Shown here: positions 46,201 through 59,192 of the stretch, piece by piece
How the letters are laid out: each line of letters opens with the position of its first letter
Position numbering within the stretch: the stretch's first letter is position 1
Assembly (NCBI RefSeq): GCF_009914755.1
Contig: NC_060927.1
DNA: 64,000 bases
Strand: one strand, 5' to 3'
DNA from: the human T2T-CHM13v2.0 reference genome, Homo sapiens
Notes under the pieces: model-generated
Database searches by the model: none
What the model saw: only the letters and a program-made list of their open reading frames with translations
What the model was told of the DNA's origin: nothing
Position numbers and translations under genes: made by a program

Positions 46201-46570
46201 CGGAATAGAGAACCCCGAACTAAGTACTTACAGTCAACTGATCTTCAACAAAGCAAACAAAAGCATAAAGTGGGGAAAAGGCGTCCTCTTCAACAAATAG
46301 TGCTGGGATAATTGGCAAGCCACAAGTAGAATAATGAAACTGGATCTTCATCTCTCACCCTACACAGAAATTAACTGAAGATGGATCAAAGGCTTAAATC
46401 TAAGACCTGAAACAATAAAAATTCTAGAATATAACATTGGAAAAACCCTTCTAGACTTTGACTTAGGCAAAGACTTCATGACGAAGAACCCAAAAGCAAA
46501 TGCAACAAAAGCAAAGATAAATAGATGTGACTTAAACTAAAAAGCTTCTGCACAGCAAAAGAAATAAAGC

Positions 46571-46835
46571 TGATTTGATTCTCAGCTTGATCGCTGTTGG
46601 TGTATAGCAGAGCTACTGATTTGTGTATGTTAATTTTGTATCCTGAAACTTTGCTAAATTCATTTACCAGTTCTGGGAGGTTTTTGGATGAATCTTTAGG
46701 ATATTTCCAGGTATACAATCATGTCATCAGCAAACAGTGACAGTTTGACTGGGTGCCCTTTATTTCTTTCTCTTGTCTGATTGCTCTAGTTAGAATTTCC
46801 AGTACTACAGTGAAAATAAATGGTGAAAGTGGGCA
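46571..46835 (-). repeat. 265-bp inverted copy of 45464-45728
   Basis: Manual alignment gives 260/265 identity with no indels. Confidence 0.96.
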
Positions 46836-47401
46836 GAGTAAACAGACAACCCACAGAGTGGGAGAAAAACTTCACAATCTGTACATCTGACAAAGGACTA
46901 ATATACAGAATCTATAAGGAATTCAAACAAATCAGCAAGAAAAAACAAAGAATCCCATCAAAAAGTGGGCTAGGGACATGTATAGACAATTCTCAAAAGT
47001 AGATACACAAATGGCCAAAAAACATATGAAAAAATGCTCAACATCACTACTTATCAGTGAAATACAAATCAAAACCACAATGCGATACCACCGCATTCCT
47101 GCAAGAATGGCCATAGTAAAAAAATCAGAAAAGAATAGATGTTGGTGTGGTCATGATGAAAAGGGAACACTTTTAGGTAAACTAGTATAACCACTATGGA
47201 AAACAGTGTAGTGATTCCTTAAAGAACTAAAAGTAGATCTACCATTTGATCCAGTAGTCTCACTGCTGGGTATCTACCCAGAGAAAAAGAAGTCATAATT
47301 TGAAAAAGATACTTATACATGTTTACAGCAGCACAATTTGTAATTGTAAAAACATGGAACCAGCTCAAATGGCCATCAATCAATGAATAGATAAAGAAAA
47401 T

Positions 47402-47404
<3 letters not shown>

Positions 47405-47456
<52 letters not shown>
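47405..47456. repeat. (AT)26 microsatellite inside L1PB
   Basis: Perfect uninterrupted run. Confidence 0.97.
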
Positions 47457-47460
<4 letters not shown>

Positions 47461-47820
47461 GAATACTACTCAGCCATGAAAAAGAATGAAATAATGACAT
47501 TCACAGCAACCTGGATGGAATTGGAGACCATTATTCTAAGTAAAGTAACTCAGGAGTGGAAAACCAAACATTGTATGTTCTGACTCATAAGTGGGAGCTA
47601 AGCTATGAGGCCACAAAGACATAAGAATGATACAGAGGACCTTGGGAATTTGGGAGGGTGGGAGTGGGGAGAGGGATGAAAGACTATACATTGGGTACAG
47701 TGTATACTGCTCAAGTGATGGGTGCACCAAAATCTCAGAAATCACCACTAAAGAACTTTTTTATGTAACCAAAGCACCTGTTCCCAAAAAACCTACTGAA
47801 ATAAAAAAATACAAAAATAA

Positions 47821-48630
47821 AAAAGTTGGCAAATGACAGACATTTCTCAAAAGAAAATGTACAAATGGCCAACAAAATTATGAAAAAATGCTCAATATCA
47901 CTAATCATCAGGGAAATGCAAATGAAAACCACAATGAGATACTACCTTACCCTAGCCACAATGGCCATTATTAAAAAGTCAAAAAACAATAGATGTTAGC
48001 ACAGATATGGTGAAAAGGGAGTGCTAACACTGCTGGTGGGAATGTAACTTAGTACAATCTCTATGGAGAACAGTATGGAGACTTCTCAGAGAACTAAAGG
48101 TAAATCTCCCATTTGATCCAGCAACCTACTACTGGCTATCTCTTTAGGCAAGAAAAAAATCATTATATTAAAAAAAGACACCTGCATGCATGTTTCTCGC
48201 AACACAATTCACAATTGCAAAGATATAGAATCAACCTAAGTGCCCATCAACCAAAGAGTGGGTAAGGAAAATGTGGTATATATTTATGTCATGGAATACT
48301 ACTCAGTTATAAAAAGAATGAAATAATGTCTTTTGCAGCAACCTGGATGGAACCGGAGGTCATTATTTTAAGTAAAGTAACTCAGGAATGAAAAACCAAA
48401 TACCATATGTTCTCACTTGTAAGTGAGAATGCTATGGGCATGCAAAGGTAGACAGAGAGGTATAATGAACATTGGAAATTTAGAAAGAGGGGGTGAGGGA
48501 TGAAAAACTACCTGTTGGAATACAATATATACTACTTGGGTGATGGGTACACTAAAATCCCAGATTTCACTACTATACAATTCATCCACATAGCAAAAAA
48601 AAACTTGTACTTCTAAAGTTATTGAAAAAA
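47821..48630 (+). mobile_element. L1PB4-type 3' fragment
   Basis: Ends ...CACTAAAATCCCAGATTTCACTACTATACAATTCATCC...AAAGTTATTGAAAA. Confidence 0.8.
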
Positions 48631-48999
48631 AGTCATTTTAAAAAGCCTTCCTCAAGATATTTCTCTCAGAATTTTTTCTCTTTCTGAAAACAGTTTGCAT
48701 ACCATAAAAGTTATTTGAAAATGATTAGAAACATGTGGCATAAAATAGAGGAATTAATAAATGAGGATTTCCAATCAAGTGGCATAAGTCACTAGATAGT
48801 AACAGTCCTGCATTATAAATTTGTGGGTCACAGGTACTTTTGCCTTCATGGGGCTCTTCGTCCATAAAAACTTAAAAATTATATTTTAAGGGTCTGTTGT
48901 TATGAAGACAAATGTACTGATAATATGCAATAAAACACTTATTGTGACCTAAAAGTTCATTTTTTTCTTCTAATTAAAAAGATAAAAGTTTTTTTGTAG

Positions 49000-49142
49000 G
49001 TTCCTGGCAGTATTGTAGCCCCTCAACACTGCGCCTACTGTGCCTGGCAGTTATGTTGGCTCAGGACAGCAAGCCAACCAATTCATTCTCAGCTATTAGC
49101 CATGTTTAGATTACATGACCACACAATTAGACCCCATTTTAG
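49000..49142 (+). other. Candidate exon (143 bp) in unique sequence
   Basis: Acceptor tttttttgtag|G and donor TAG|GTAATG; locally higher GC content. Confidence 0.3.
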
Positions 49143-51614
49143 GTAATGGAGGGCAAAGCTCTAGAGGAATGAAATGTAAGACAGGTAAGTTTTATTAGAA
49201 AAGACAAAATGGTAGAATGTGGCCTGATGAAAGAAAACTTCAATCTGGTTTCAAGGGGTGAGGATAGAGGTGGCAGGAGAAATGGATATCCCAAGAATCT
49301 GGAGAAATGTTTAAAGATGGAGTAGGTAGGAGGATGAGTAAAACAAACACAAACCAGCATCCTAATCCTAATGATGGCCAAGGTTTTCAATGGAAACATA
49401 CATTTTGAAATGACTCCAGTTTTAACATCTCTTTTAGAAAAAAATGCTTCTATTTATATAAACCAAATAATTTGTGATAAAATGCCTATCCATTTTTTTT
49501 TTTTTTTTGCCTTATGTCAGGGAAGGAAAGCATACCTTTTAAGTTAACTAACTTCATAATCCTTTTAACTTGTAAATCTTTTAATTGAAGGAATGTCAAA
49601 GTCTAATGTGTCAGTGGAGACTTTCAGGCACAATGTTCATTTCAATTGTGAAAAGTTAAAAGCCATAGCCCTTATTGAACATCTTCACATCCATTCCTGC
49701 TGAAAATAATGCCCAAAGGTTAGAGATGGGTATGAGAGGAGGGAGAGTGGTAATGGCAGTGGTGGTGGTGTTTTAACTGAACTTCTAAGACATGTTTTCC
49801 AAGATGTCTTTGAGGACTGCTTTGTGAAAATTAAGCTGCTAATCATGTACATGTAAATTTATGAAAGAAAACAATTAGAATTGTCATGTCATAGAGTGAA
49901 AACTTCGTTTTTACTCTGTGCTCTATAAAAGCCCAACACCTCTTTATTGCAATGTATGCCTTTCACCTTAAAAGAAAAATAAAACTGATTTTAATCGATT
50001 TTTCTCTCAGTATAGTGGATTGTCATTAACACTGTGGTAACATTTCATGTTATTGCAATCATTTTCCATGGTCATATATGTGGGGAAAATACTTAGTATC
50101 TGCTTCTGTGGGTTATAGAAACAGACGGTTTGGATAAATTACATCTGTCTAGGCAGACTCCTACTTTTTTGTTGTGTTATGTCATTCATCAGGGAAGTAA
50201 TAAAATAGAGATCAGTGGTTCTGATGTAGTAACTAATACGTCAACCACAAGCTGATTTGAATAGCATTTTCATGGTGCATACCAACACTAATAACTGTGT
50301 GGTTTCCTCATAACCTCAGCAGGTTGTATTTATATACTGACAAAAGGACCATGTAAAATCCATGCACAGCTGGTCATCAGAAGGACTATAAAACACTAGG
50401 GTTTGTCATACATGTGGTAATTATAAAGTGAGGCTGTGCAGTGTTCCCTAAACCTTGAAAACAAAGCTTCAACTTAATCCTTAAGTGAACTGTTTTGGGT
50501 TGGCTTATCACACAGAAGCCCACTCAACAATACCTCCAAGGCAGTTTGTCCTTTGAAGAGAGAGGGGAAAAAAACATAAAATTCACAATAGTCAGTGTTG
50601 TGTTATTCAGTTGGTTACATATGGAAACACAAATCTTTGGATTGTCAACACTACTTTCATAACGGAAAGAAACATTTCATTTTGAAAACGTTTCCTTCCA
50701 TTTTCTTTTACTGTTTGATGCTTGTTTGTACAGTTCATAATCTAATAATCTGAATTACAGCAATACTTTCTTGCATATTGTCCATGCTGAAATAAAAGTA
50801 CATTGAAAGCTTTAGTTTTATGAAGTGCATACTGCATATGGAGATTTGTTTTCTAAGTAAACACTAAGCAATTTATGCACTAGTAGCATTCAAATCTCTG
50901 ATGCTGTTTTGGGATAATTCTCAAGGATTTATGACTTTCATGAATTTCTCTCTAACCAACCTAGATGTACTTCAGAATTTTATCATTGTTTTTGACCAAA
51001 TACCTTGAGTTTGAAGGCTGCTGTGGAAAGTACTCCATATACAAAGATTGGATAAAATCTGAGGCTTTTCAGAATGCTAAAGAAGATTTCAATTCTGCTG
51101 CCCTCCCAAAATTAAAAAACAAATCTTCAAAGCTCTGTGTTATTTTTACATTTTGTTTATGAAAATAAAATAAAATGTTGGACCACTTTTGATAATATTT
51201 AAGTTGACCAAATCACATTTGTTTTCACCAAATGAAGAAATTCTTCATTTACTGTATCACTTTAGTTTTCCTTCTCATGACTCTTTTGCCAAGAAAACAG
51301 ATTTTGCAATCAGATGCCTACTAGCTGGGTGTTCATGAGCTGTGATGGATTACTTTTAATAGGTGCTATTTTCCTACTTCATTAACTGCTCTTTTTCTGA
51401 TGGTGTTTTTTGGGTCAAGTTAGAAAAGAAACAAAGGTTTAACCATTTACCCAAATAGGCAATGACGCTAAGTGTATTTTTTTAAAGTTGATTATGTACA
51501 CACAAGGATGTGTTTATTTTGGGAGTATGTGTGAGTAAGAGCTTGAGTGTGTGTGAATGTGTTGTTTTTTTCAACTTAAAACTCTTTGCCTGGCCAACTG
51601 CCATCTCCATGCCA

Positions 51615-51628
51615 GTCTCCATGGCAAC
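51615..51628 (+). promoter_or_regulatory. RFX X-box-like palindrome GTCTCCATGGCAAC
   Basis: Close match to GTTGCCATGGCAAC within a GC-elevated non-repeat patch (51590-51830). Confidence 0.45.
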
Positions 51629-52209
51629 TTCCTTAAGGATAAAGTAACAGAAATGTGAGGAGGCTGCCTGCCCACAAACAAAGCTGCCACAGCCCTGCCA
51701 GAGGCCTGACTAGACAGAATCCCGGAACACTCCACATTCCATGAGAGTTCTGCAGGTTACTGCAGCTAGCTCCATTTAAAGGTGCAGTGCCTCTAGTCCT
51801 GGGAGGAAAGTTTAAAAATGTCTTCTGACTAGTCTTTCCATATATTAGAATGTAGATATGCAACCCACATGTCTTGACATTATTTTTCCCTTCCCATCTA
51901 CATTGAATAAACATTTTATATCTAGCATTTATTTTTTAGTGATATTTGGAAATTTGCTTGACAGAGACCTTTGCCTAATATTGTGTGTTGTATGTACATC
52001 ACATCAGGATGTGATGTATGTACCTTTAAAATACTTGTATAAAATATAAAATATTGAAAAAGTGAGACTAAATATCTTGATCCATTCTGCTTTCTTAAAA
52101 AAAGTGTCTGCTTTCTAATCTTAATGGATTTATGCATGTTTTTCCAAGAAATCAATAAAATTATTAAAATTCATAGTATATTACCATATATAATATATAT
52201 TATATATAA

Positions 52210-52416
52210 CAGTAATTTTCAAATGGTAGCAATCTTCCATAGGACACTTGGCAATATCTCAGTGGATATTGGTTGTCACAACTGGGGCCATGATACTGGT
52301 ATCCAGTGGTTAGAGTCCTGGGGGAGCTTTTAAATATCCTACAATCAATAGAATAGCTCCCATAGCAAAGGATTACTGGCCTGAAATGTCAATAATACGA
52401 AGGTTGGGAAACCCTA
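52210..52416 (+). mobile_element. MER20 hAT MITE
   Basis: GGACACTTGGCAATATCT...GGTTGTCACAACTGGGG...AAATGTCAATAAT...GTTGGGAAACCCT. Confidence 0.82.
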
Positions 52417-53063
52417 GTATACATACATAGATGTTATATATGTATGTATGTATGTGTGTATGTACATACCAATTTAAAAATAAAGATTATAAGGTGTAGA
52501 GAGCTTAAATAGGAATAAACTATGCTAAGGCAACTTTCTAAGTTGTTTTTGCTCTGTCTCCTCAAACTGGGTACCAGAACTCTGATGACAACTGTCAATC
52601 TAGAGTCCACTGTCCAGGATTATCTATACAATGTATTTAGTATCTCTATAGCAATTGTTTTTTAAGACCACAAAAGAATACCTAAGAAGACCAGGCCTAG
52701 GCTAGGGAGTAAGAACTATGTGTAGTTTACTCTGTCTCTAAGAGTGTTTTCTATGCAATGAACTATACATCATATACAAGCTGTTTTTTACCTTAACTAT
52801 TAATTCTTTCCCATTAGGAATTAGTAAAATGCTTCATAATTATGGCTAAGGGAAATATTTATGATCTTCAGCATACAGATTGCTCATTTCATCTCCAAAG
52901 TTTTGCTAATACTATTCAGGCTGTTTATGTTGTTGTTACCCCATAATATTCAACACAGTGTTTATATCAGTTATGTTAACCAGTTATGGAAAATCCTGAG
53001 TTTCTGGTTACCCAAATGAAAAGTTTACTTTAAACACAAGCCAAGGAAGTTTGGTTATGTTCA

Positions 53064-53604
<541 letters not shown>

Positions 53605-53799
53605 TTATTACCTGGAAATGTCTTCTCATTCTATTTATGTCCAGATAAAAGTCAGTTCTGCTTTTTGGACATATATGGTTTAGCCTTCCCTGTGATTTGT
53701 TGCAATGTTGAGGTTAGTTACTTCTTATAGGTAGAGTAATGTATGGATTTGGTACAACCTACAAAAGGTCTTCTCTTGGAGAGAAATGAACATCATGAG

Positions 53800-54170
53800 T
53801 ATCAGGATATGATAGATCATGCTGCTGTAGTCAACAACCCTAAGTATCAGAGGCTTAAATCAACAATTTATTTCTGGCTAACACTACCTATCTATCATGG
53901 GCAAGCAGGGACTCTCCTATTGTTTCCAGGTTAGTCAGTCCAGAACTCAGGCTGATGGAGCATCTACCATGTTTAACTTTGCTGATTACTGCCAGGAGGA
54001 AAAAAGATTTTGGCCATTCTTTCACCAAGTAACTAATTCACATGTCACTTCTCTCCCCTCAGTAGCCAGATCTACCACTTGACCCTATCCCACCATGCAA
54101 GAAAAGAGTGCAAATCTAACATGTGCCCAGAGTGTAGGGATTCATAGAGATTTGGTGAACTCCATTAATG
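53800..54170 (-). mobile_element. Old MLT1 (K/L-like) LTR
   Basis: ATGCTGCTGTAGTCAACAACCC...GGCTTAAATCAACAATTTATTTC is typical of antisense MLT1. Confidence 0.6.
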
Positions 54171-54420
54171 ACTATGGCACTAGAAAGCTTCTGGGTATTA
54201 CTATTAAGTGCATATTTTTGCCTTTAATCCTTGGGTTTTACTCTTTAGTATATCACTTTCACATTTGCACAGGCATAGGAGGCAGCATGGGGAAGCTGAC
54301 AGACTACTTCCTTTGACTTTAGATTGAATCCCAACCCTACATCTTAGCTGTGGTATAACCATACATAAATTCTTTAATCACTTTGAAATGAGACAATAAT
54401 GCTCACATCATGTGTTGTAA

Positions 54421-54480
54421 TGAAGATTAAGTTGGATAACCTTCATTAAATGAAGACTAAGTTGGATAACCTTCATTAAA
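54421..54480 (+). repeat. 30-bp tandem duplication inside a MIR (about 54272-54530)
   Basis: TGAAGA(T/C)TAAGTTGGATAACCTTCATTAAA twice, with one mismatch. Confidence 0.95.
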
Positions 54481-55165
54481 CGAGTAACTTTCATATTATT
54501 AAGTGCAGGCAGATGGAAGTATTTATTGTTAGGCAATAATAATTTTAGCTCAGCTTACAAAAAGTATTTTTGGGTCTGGAAAAATATAACTAATATTGGT
54601 ATTGATTTAGGTAGAACTCAGCTATTGAACCATGGTAGATTCTGAAGCATCTTTTGAATCTTGTCTGTTGGTGTTGATCTAGCCAACAGATTTTGAATTA
54701 TTCTTGGTGAAATCATGGTGGTTGGAAGATATGAGTTATCAAATTTCTCCTTTGGGTAAAAATGTTTCTAATCTTTCAGAAATTTCTCTATTAAGGCATT
54801 TTGTGTTGCCACTTAGGTACTTATTGTTCTGCAATACAGCGTAATATTGTTTCTAGAAATCAAAAATGTAATGTGGCTCTTATTTGAAATTTCTGTTCAA
54901 TTTCAGTTGATTTTCTGGCGAATTGCATATTTTTTCTGTTTAAGAGTTTATTATATAGGTTAATTCTTTTTAAAAGAGAGATTACTTAATATACTCAAAC
55001 TAAACCTAATAATAATAATATATCAGAAGATTATTTGCGGAAATACCAGATGCTGTTGATGATCAGGCAATTTTGTCTTTCTGGCAACAGAAAAGGCACC
55101 CTGCAGTAGTAAAACATGTATCAGTGACTGATTCCCAGCCAGTATAGGAGTAACACTCCAGTTTT

Positions 55166-58071
55166 TAAAATTTTTTCTGTTCCCGTGTTTGCTTAGGGTA
55201 ATGGCCTCCAGTTACATCCAGGTTGCTGCAAAGCACATGATCTCATTATTTGTAGTGGCTGCATAGTATTCCATGGTGTGTATGTGCTACATTTTCTTGG
55301 TCCAGTCTACTGTTGATGGACATTTGGGGCGATTCTATTGATTCTATGTCTTTGCTATTGGGAACAGTGCTACAGTGAACATAAGCATCCATATATCTTT
55401 ACCATAGAATGATTTAGATTCCTTTGGGTATATACTCAATAACGGGATTGCTGGGTTGAATGGTAATTCTAAGTTTTTTGAGAAATTGCCAAACTGCTTT
55501 CCAGAAAGACTGAACTAATTTACATTCCCACCAGCAGTGTATAAGCACTACCTTTTCTCCAAGACCTCGTCAGCATCTGTTATTTTTTGACTTTTTAATA
55601 ATGGCCATTCTGACTGGTATGAGATAATATATCATTGTGGTTTTGATTTGCATTTCTCTAATGATTAGCAATGTGGAACTTTTTTTTTTGTATACTTGTT
55701 TGCCTTGTCTATGACTTTTGAAAAGTGTCTGTTCATATCCTTTGCCCACTTTTTAATGGAGTTGTTTTTTGCTTATAAGTTTGTTTAAGTTCCTTATAGA
55801 TTCTGGATATTAGACCTTGGTTAGATGCATAGTTTGCAAATATTTTCTTCCATTCTACAGGTTGTCTCTTTACTCCGTTGATAGCTTATTTTGCTGTGCA
55901 GAAGCTCTTTAGCTTATTCTATTTATCAATTTTATATTTTTGTTTCAAATGCTTTTGACATCTTTGTTATGAAATCGTTGCCAGTGCCTATGTCCAGAAT
56001 AGTATTGCCTTGGTTATCTTCCAGAGTTTTTATAGTTTCAGGTTTTACACTGACATTTTTAATGCATCTCGAGTTGATTTTTGTATATGGTGTAAAGAAT
56101 GGGTCCAGTTTCATTCTTCTACATATGGCTAGCCATTTATCCCAGCACCATTTGTTGAATAGGGAATCCTTTCTCCATTGCTTTAGTCAATTTTGTTGAA
56201 GATCAGATGGTTGTAGGTGTGTGGCATTATTTCTGCACTCTTTATTCAATTCCAATGGGCTATGTGTCTGTTTTTGTACCAGTACCGTGCCGTTTTTGTT
56301 ACTATAACCCTGTAATATAGTTTGCAGTTAGGTAACATGATGCCTCCAGCTTTGTTTTTTTAGCTTAAGATTGCCTTGGCTATTTGCACTCTTTTTTTGG
56401 TTCAAAATAAATTTTAAAATATTTTTTTCTTGTTATGTGAAGAATGTTATTGGTACTTTGATAGGAAGAGCACTGAATATGTAATGCCTTTTCATTTGTT
56501 GTTGTCCTCTCTGATTTCTTTGAGCAGTGTTTTGTAATTCATTGCAGAGATCTTTCACCTCCCTGGTTAGCTGTTGTCCTAGATATTTTATTTTTTCTGG
56601 CAATTATAATTGGAATTGCATTCTTGATTTGGCTCTCAGCTTGGACGTTATTGATATATTGGAATGCTACTGTTTTTTGTATTTTGATTTTTTATCATGA
56701 AACTCTGAAGTTGTGTATCAGATTAAGCAGCTTGGAGCAAAGACTGGGGTTTTCTAGGTATTGAATCATCTGTAAACAGGAATAGTTTGACTTTCTTTCT
56801 TCCATTTGATGCCTTTTATTTTTTTCTCTTGCCTGATTGCTCTGGGATTTCAGTACTATATCGACAAGGAGTGTTGAGAGATGACATCCTTTTTTATCCC
56901 ATTTTTCAAGGGGAATTCTTCCGTTTTTTGCCTATTCAGTATGATGTTGACTGTGGGTTTTTCATAGATGGCTCTTTTATTATATTTTGACATGTGTTCC
57001 TTCAATGCCTAGTTTGTTGAGGGTATTTAACATGAAGTAATGTTGAATTTTATTGAAAGTCTTTTCTGCATCTATTGAGATAATCATGTGGTTTTTGGTT
57101 TTAGTTCTATTTATATGTTGAATCACATTTATTGATTTGCATATGTTAAAGCAACCTTGCCTCCCAGGAATAAAGCCTACTTGAATATAGTGGACTAGCT
57201 TTTTGATGTGCAGCTGGATTCAGTTTGTTGGTATTTTGTTGAGGATTTTTGCAACTATATTAGTCAAAGGTATAGGCCTGAGGTTTTTTGTTTTTGTTGT
57301 GTCTCTGCCAGGTTTTGGTATCAGGATTATGCTGGACTCGTAGGATGAGTTAGTGAGGAGTACTTCCTCCTCAATTTTTGGATTAGTTTCAGTAGGAATG
57401 GTACCAGCTCTTTTTTATACAACTGGTAGAATTCGGCTGTGAATCTGGCTGGTCCTGGGCTTTTTCTGCTTAGTCAGCTTTTTATTACTGATTCAGTTGC
57501 AGATCTCATTACTGGTCTGTTCAGGAATTCAATTTCTTTCTGGTTTAATCTTAGGAGGTTGTATGTTTCCACTTTTTTCTAGGTTTTCTCACTTCTGTGC
57601 ATAGAGGTGTTCATAGTAGTCTCTGAAGTTTTTTATATTTGTGTTGAGTCAGTGGTAACGTCCCCTTTGTCATTTCTGATTGTGTTTATATCTTCTCTCT
57701 TTTTGTCTTTATTAGTCTAGCTAGCAGTCTATCTTATTATTTCCTTCAAAGAACAAACTCATGGATTTGCTGATCTTTTCTATGTTTTTTGCATCTTAAT
57801 TTCCTACGCTTCAACTGTGATTTTGATTATTTCTTGTCTTCTACTAGCTTTGGGGTTGGTTTGCTCTTGTTTCTCTAATTGTGATGTTAGAGTGTTAATT
57901 CGAGATCTTTCTAACTTTTTGATGTGGGCATTTAGTGCTATAAACTTTCCTCTTAATACTGCTTTAGCTGTGTCCCAGAGATTCTGGTATGTTGTATCTT
58001 TGTTCTCACCAGTTTCAAAGAATTTCTTGATTTCTGCCTTAATTTCATTATTTTCCCAGAAGTGATTGAGG
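55166..58071 (-). mobile_element. Older L1PA (PA13-16-like) ORF2 fragment, truncated at both ends
   Basis: ORF2 peptides ([14 protein letters not shown]...; [15 protein letters not shown]); no L1 3' terminus. Confidence 0.85.
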
Positions 58072-58131
58072 CCGACACTCAAGCTTTGTAGTCTGTCATT
58101 CCTGCTCTACAATGAATCAATCACTGAATCA

Positions 58132-58410
58132 GTCTGGGTAGAGTGGATCACATCCGTGATCCCAGCACTTTGGGATGGCCAAGGTGGGAGGATCACTTGT
58201 GGTCAGGAGTTTGAGACCAGCCTTGCCAATATGGCAAAACCCCATCTGTACTAAAAATACAAAAAGTAGCTGGGCATGGTGGTACACACCTGTAATCTCA
58301 GTTACTCAGGAGGCTGAGGCACAAGAATCACTTGAACACGGGAGGTGGAGGTTGCAGTAAACTAAGATGGTATGGGTGGCAGAGTTAGACTCTATCTCAA
58401 AAAAAAAAAA
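58132..58410 (+). mobile_element. AluS with a deletion near the 3' end
   Basis: Alu dimer; TSD AATCACTGAAT. Confidence 0.88.
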
Positions 58411-58576
58411 TCACTGAATTTATCACTGAATCAATCTCTTACTCTTTTTTTTTCCTACCTCTTTCTCTCCCTTTTTCTCTGGGTTTATGGTATTAGTTGA
58501 AGGACTTTGATGTTTTGTAGGTTCCTGGACCTAACTTCTATTTTAGGAGTTATTATCATTGTTTTTGTCTTGAGCA

Positions 58577-59053
58577 TAGCAGTAGATTCATGCAAATATA
58601 TTGCCATTTTTTCTTTCCACTCATTTCAGTAACCATGCCTTCAATGGAGCTTTCCAGCTCTTCCCTTTAAGATATGGAGTCTCTCCTGACCCTGGACTGG
58701 CTGTGAGACTTGCTTTGGTAGGTAAAAGTGATAGTACGCTACTTCAGAGTCTAGGACTCAAGAAACCATGCATGTGTCTATTTTCTCTCCTGGAATACTG
58801 CCACTTTCTTGAGAACAAGCCAGGCTAGCTTGCTAGAAGAGCAGATGCCAAGTGGAAAAGAGATAGCTCATCCCAGCTGAGGCCATACTAGATCAACAAG
58901 AATCCAACCAGTCTGCAGCTGACTGCCAAGCAAGAGTGAGCACATCAAAAATTCCCAGGAGATGCTTAGACTTACAGAAACTAATACATCATGGTGTTTA
59001 AATCACCAAATTTTAGGGTGGTTTGTTAACTATTATGTGCACTATAGATAACA
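58577..59053 (+). mobile_element. MLT1 (G/H-like) LTR
   Basis: MLT1 motifs (GACTTGCTTTGG; AACAAGCCAGGCTAGC; TTTTAGGGTGGTTTGTTA...ATAGATAAC). Confidence 0.65.
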
Positions 59054-59192
59054 TTTAATCTTTCCTTATACAAGTGAAGGAGTAAGTGACTGTTAGTCTC
59101 AAAGAGATTCATCAACTTAATCCTAATTCTCAGAGGTTTTCCTTTCAAATAACTACATTCTACATTTACCCAGGGCTCCTTATTTTAACCCC

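Larger units (their letters stand above)
43288..47820 (+). mobile_element. L1PB (L1PBa 5'UTR, PB2-like 3' end) with a large ORF1/endonuclease deletion near 44480 and an internal inverted duplication
   Basis: L1PBa-like 5'UTR, ORF2 RT peptides in the ORF track, and 3' end GAAATCACCACTAAAGAACTT...CCTACTGAAATAAAA. Confidence 0.88.

Noticed and set aside
44636-47190. Second set of RT-like ORFs, including duplicated [11 protein letters not shown] peptides on opposite strands
   Set aside because: Decayed L1PB ORF2; the duplicate peptide comes from the inverted DNA copy.
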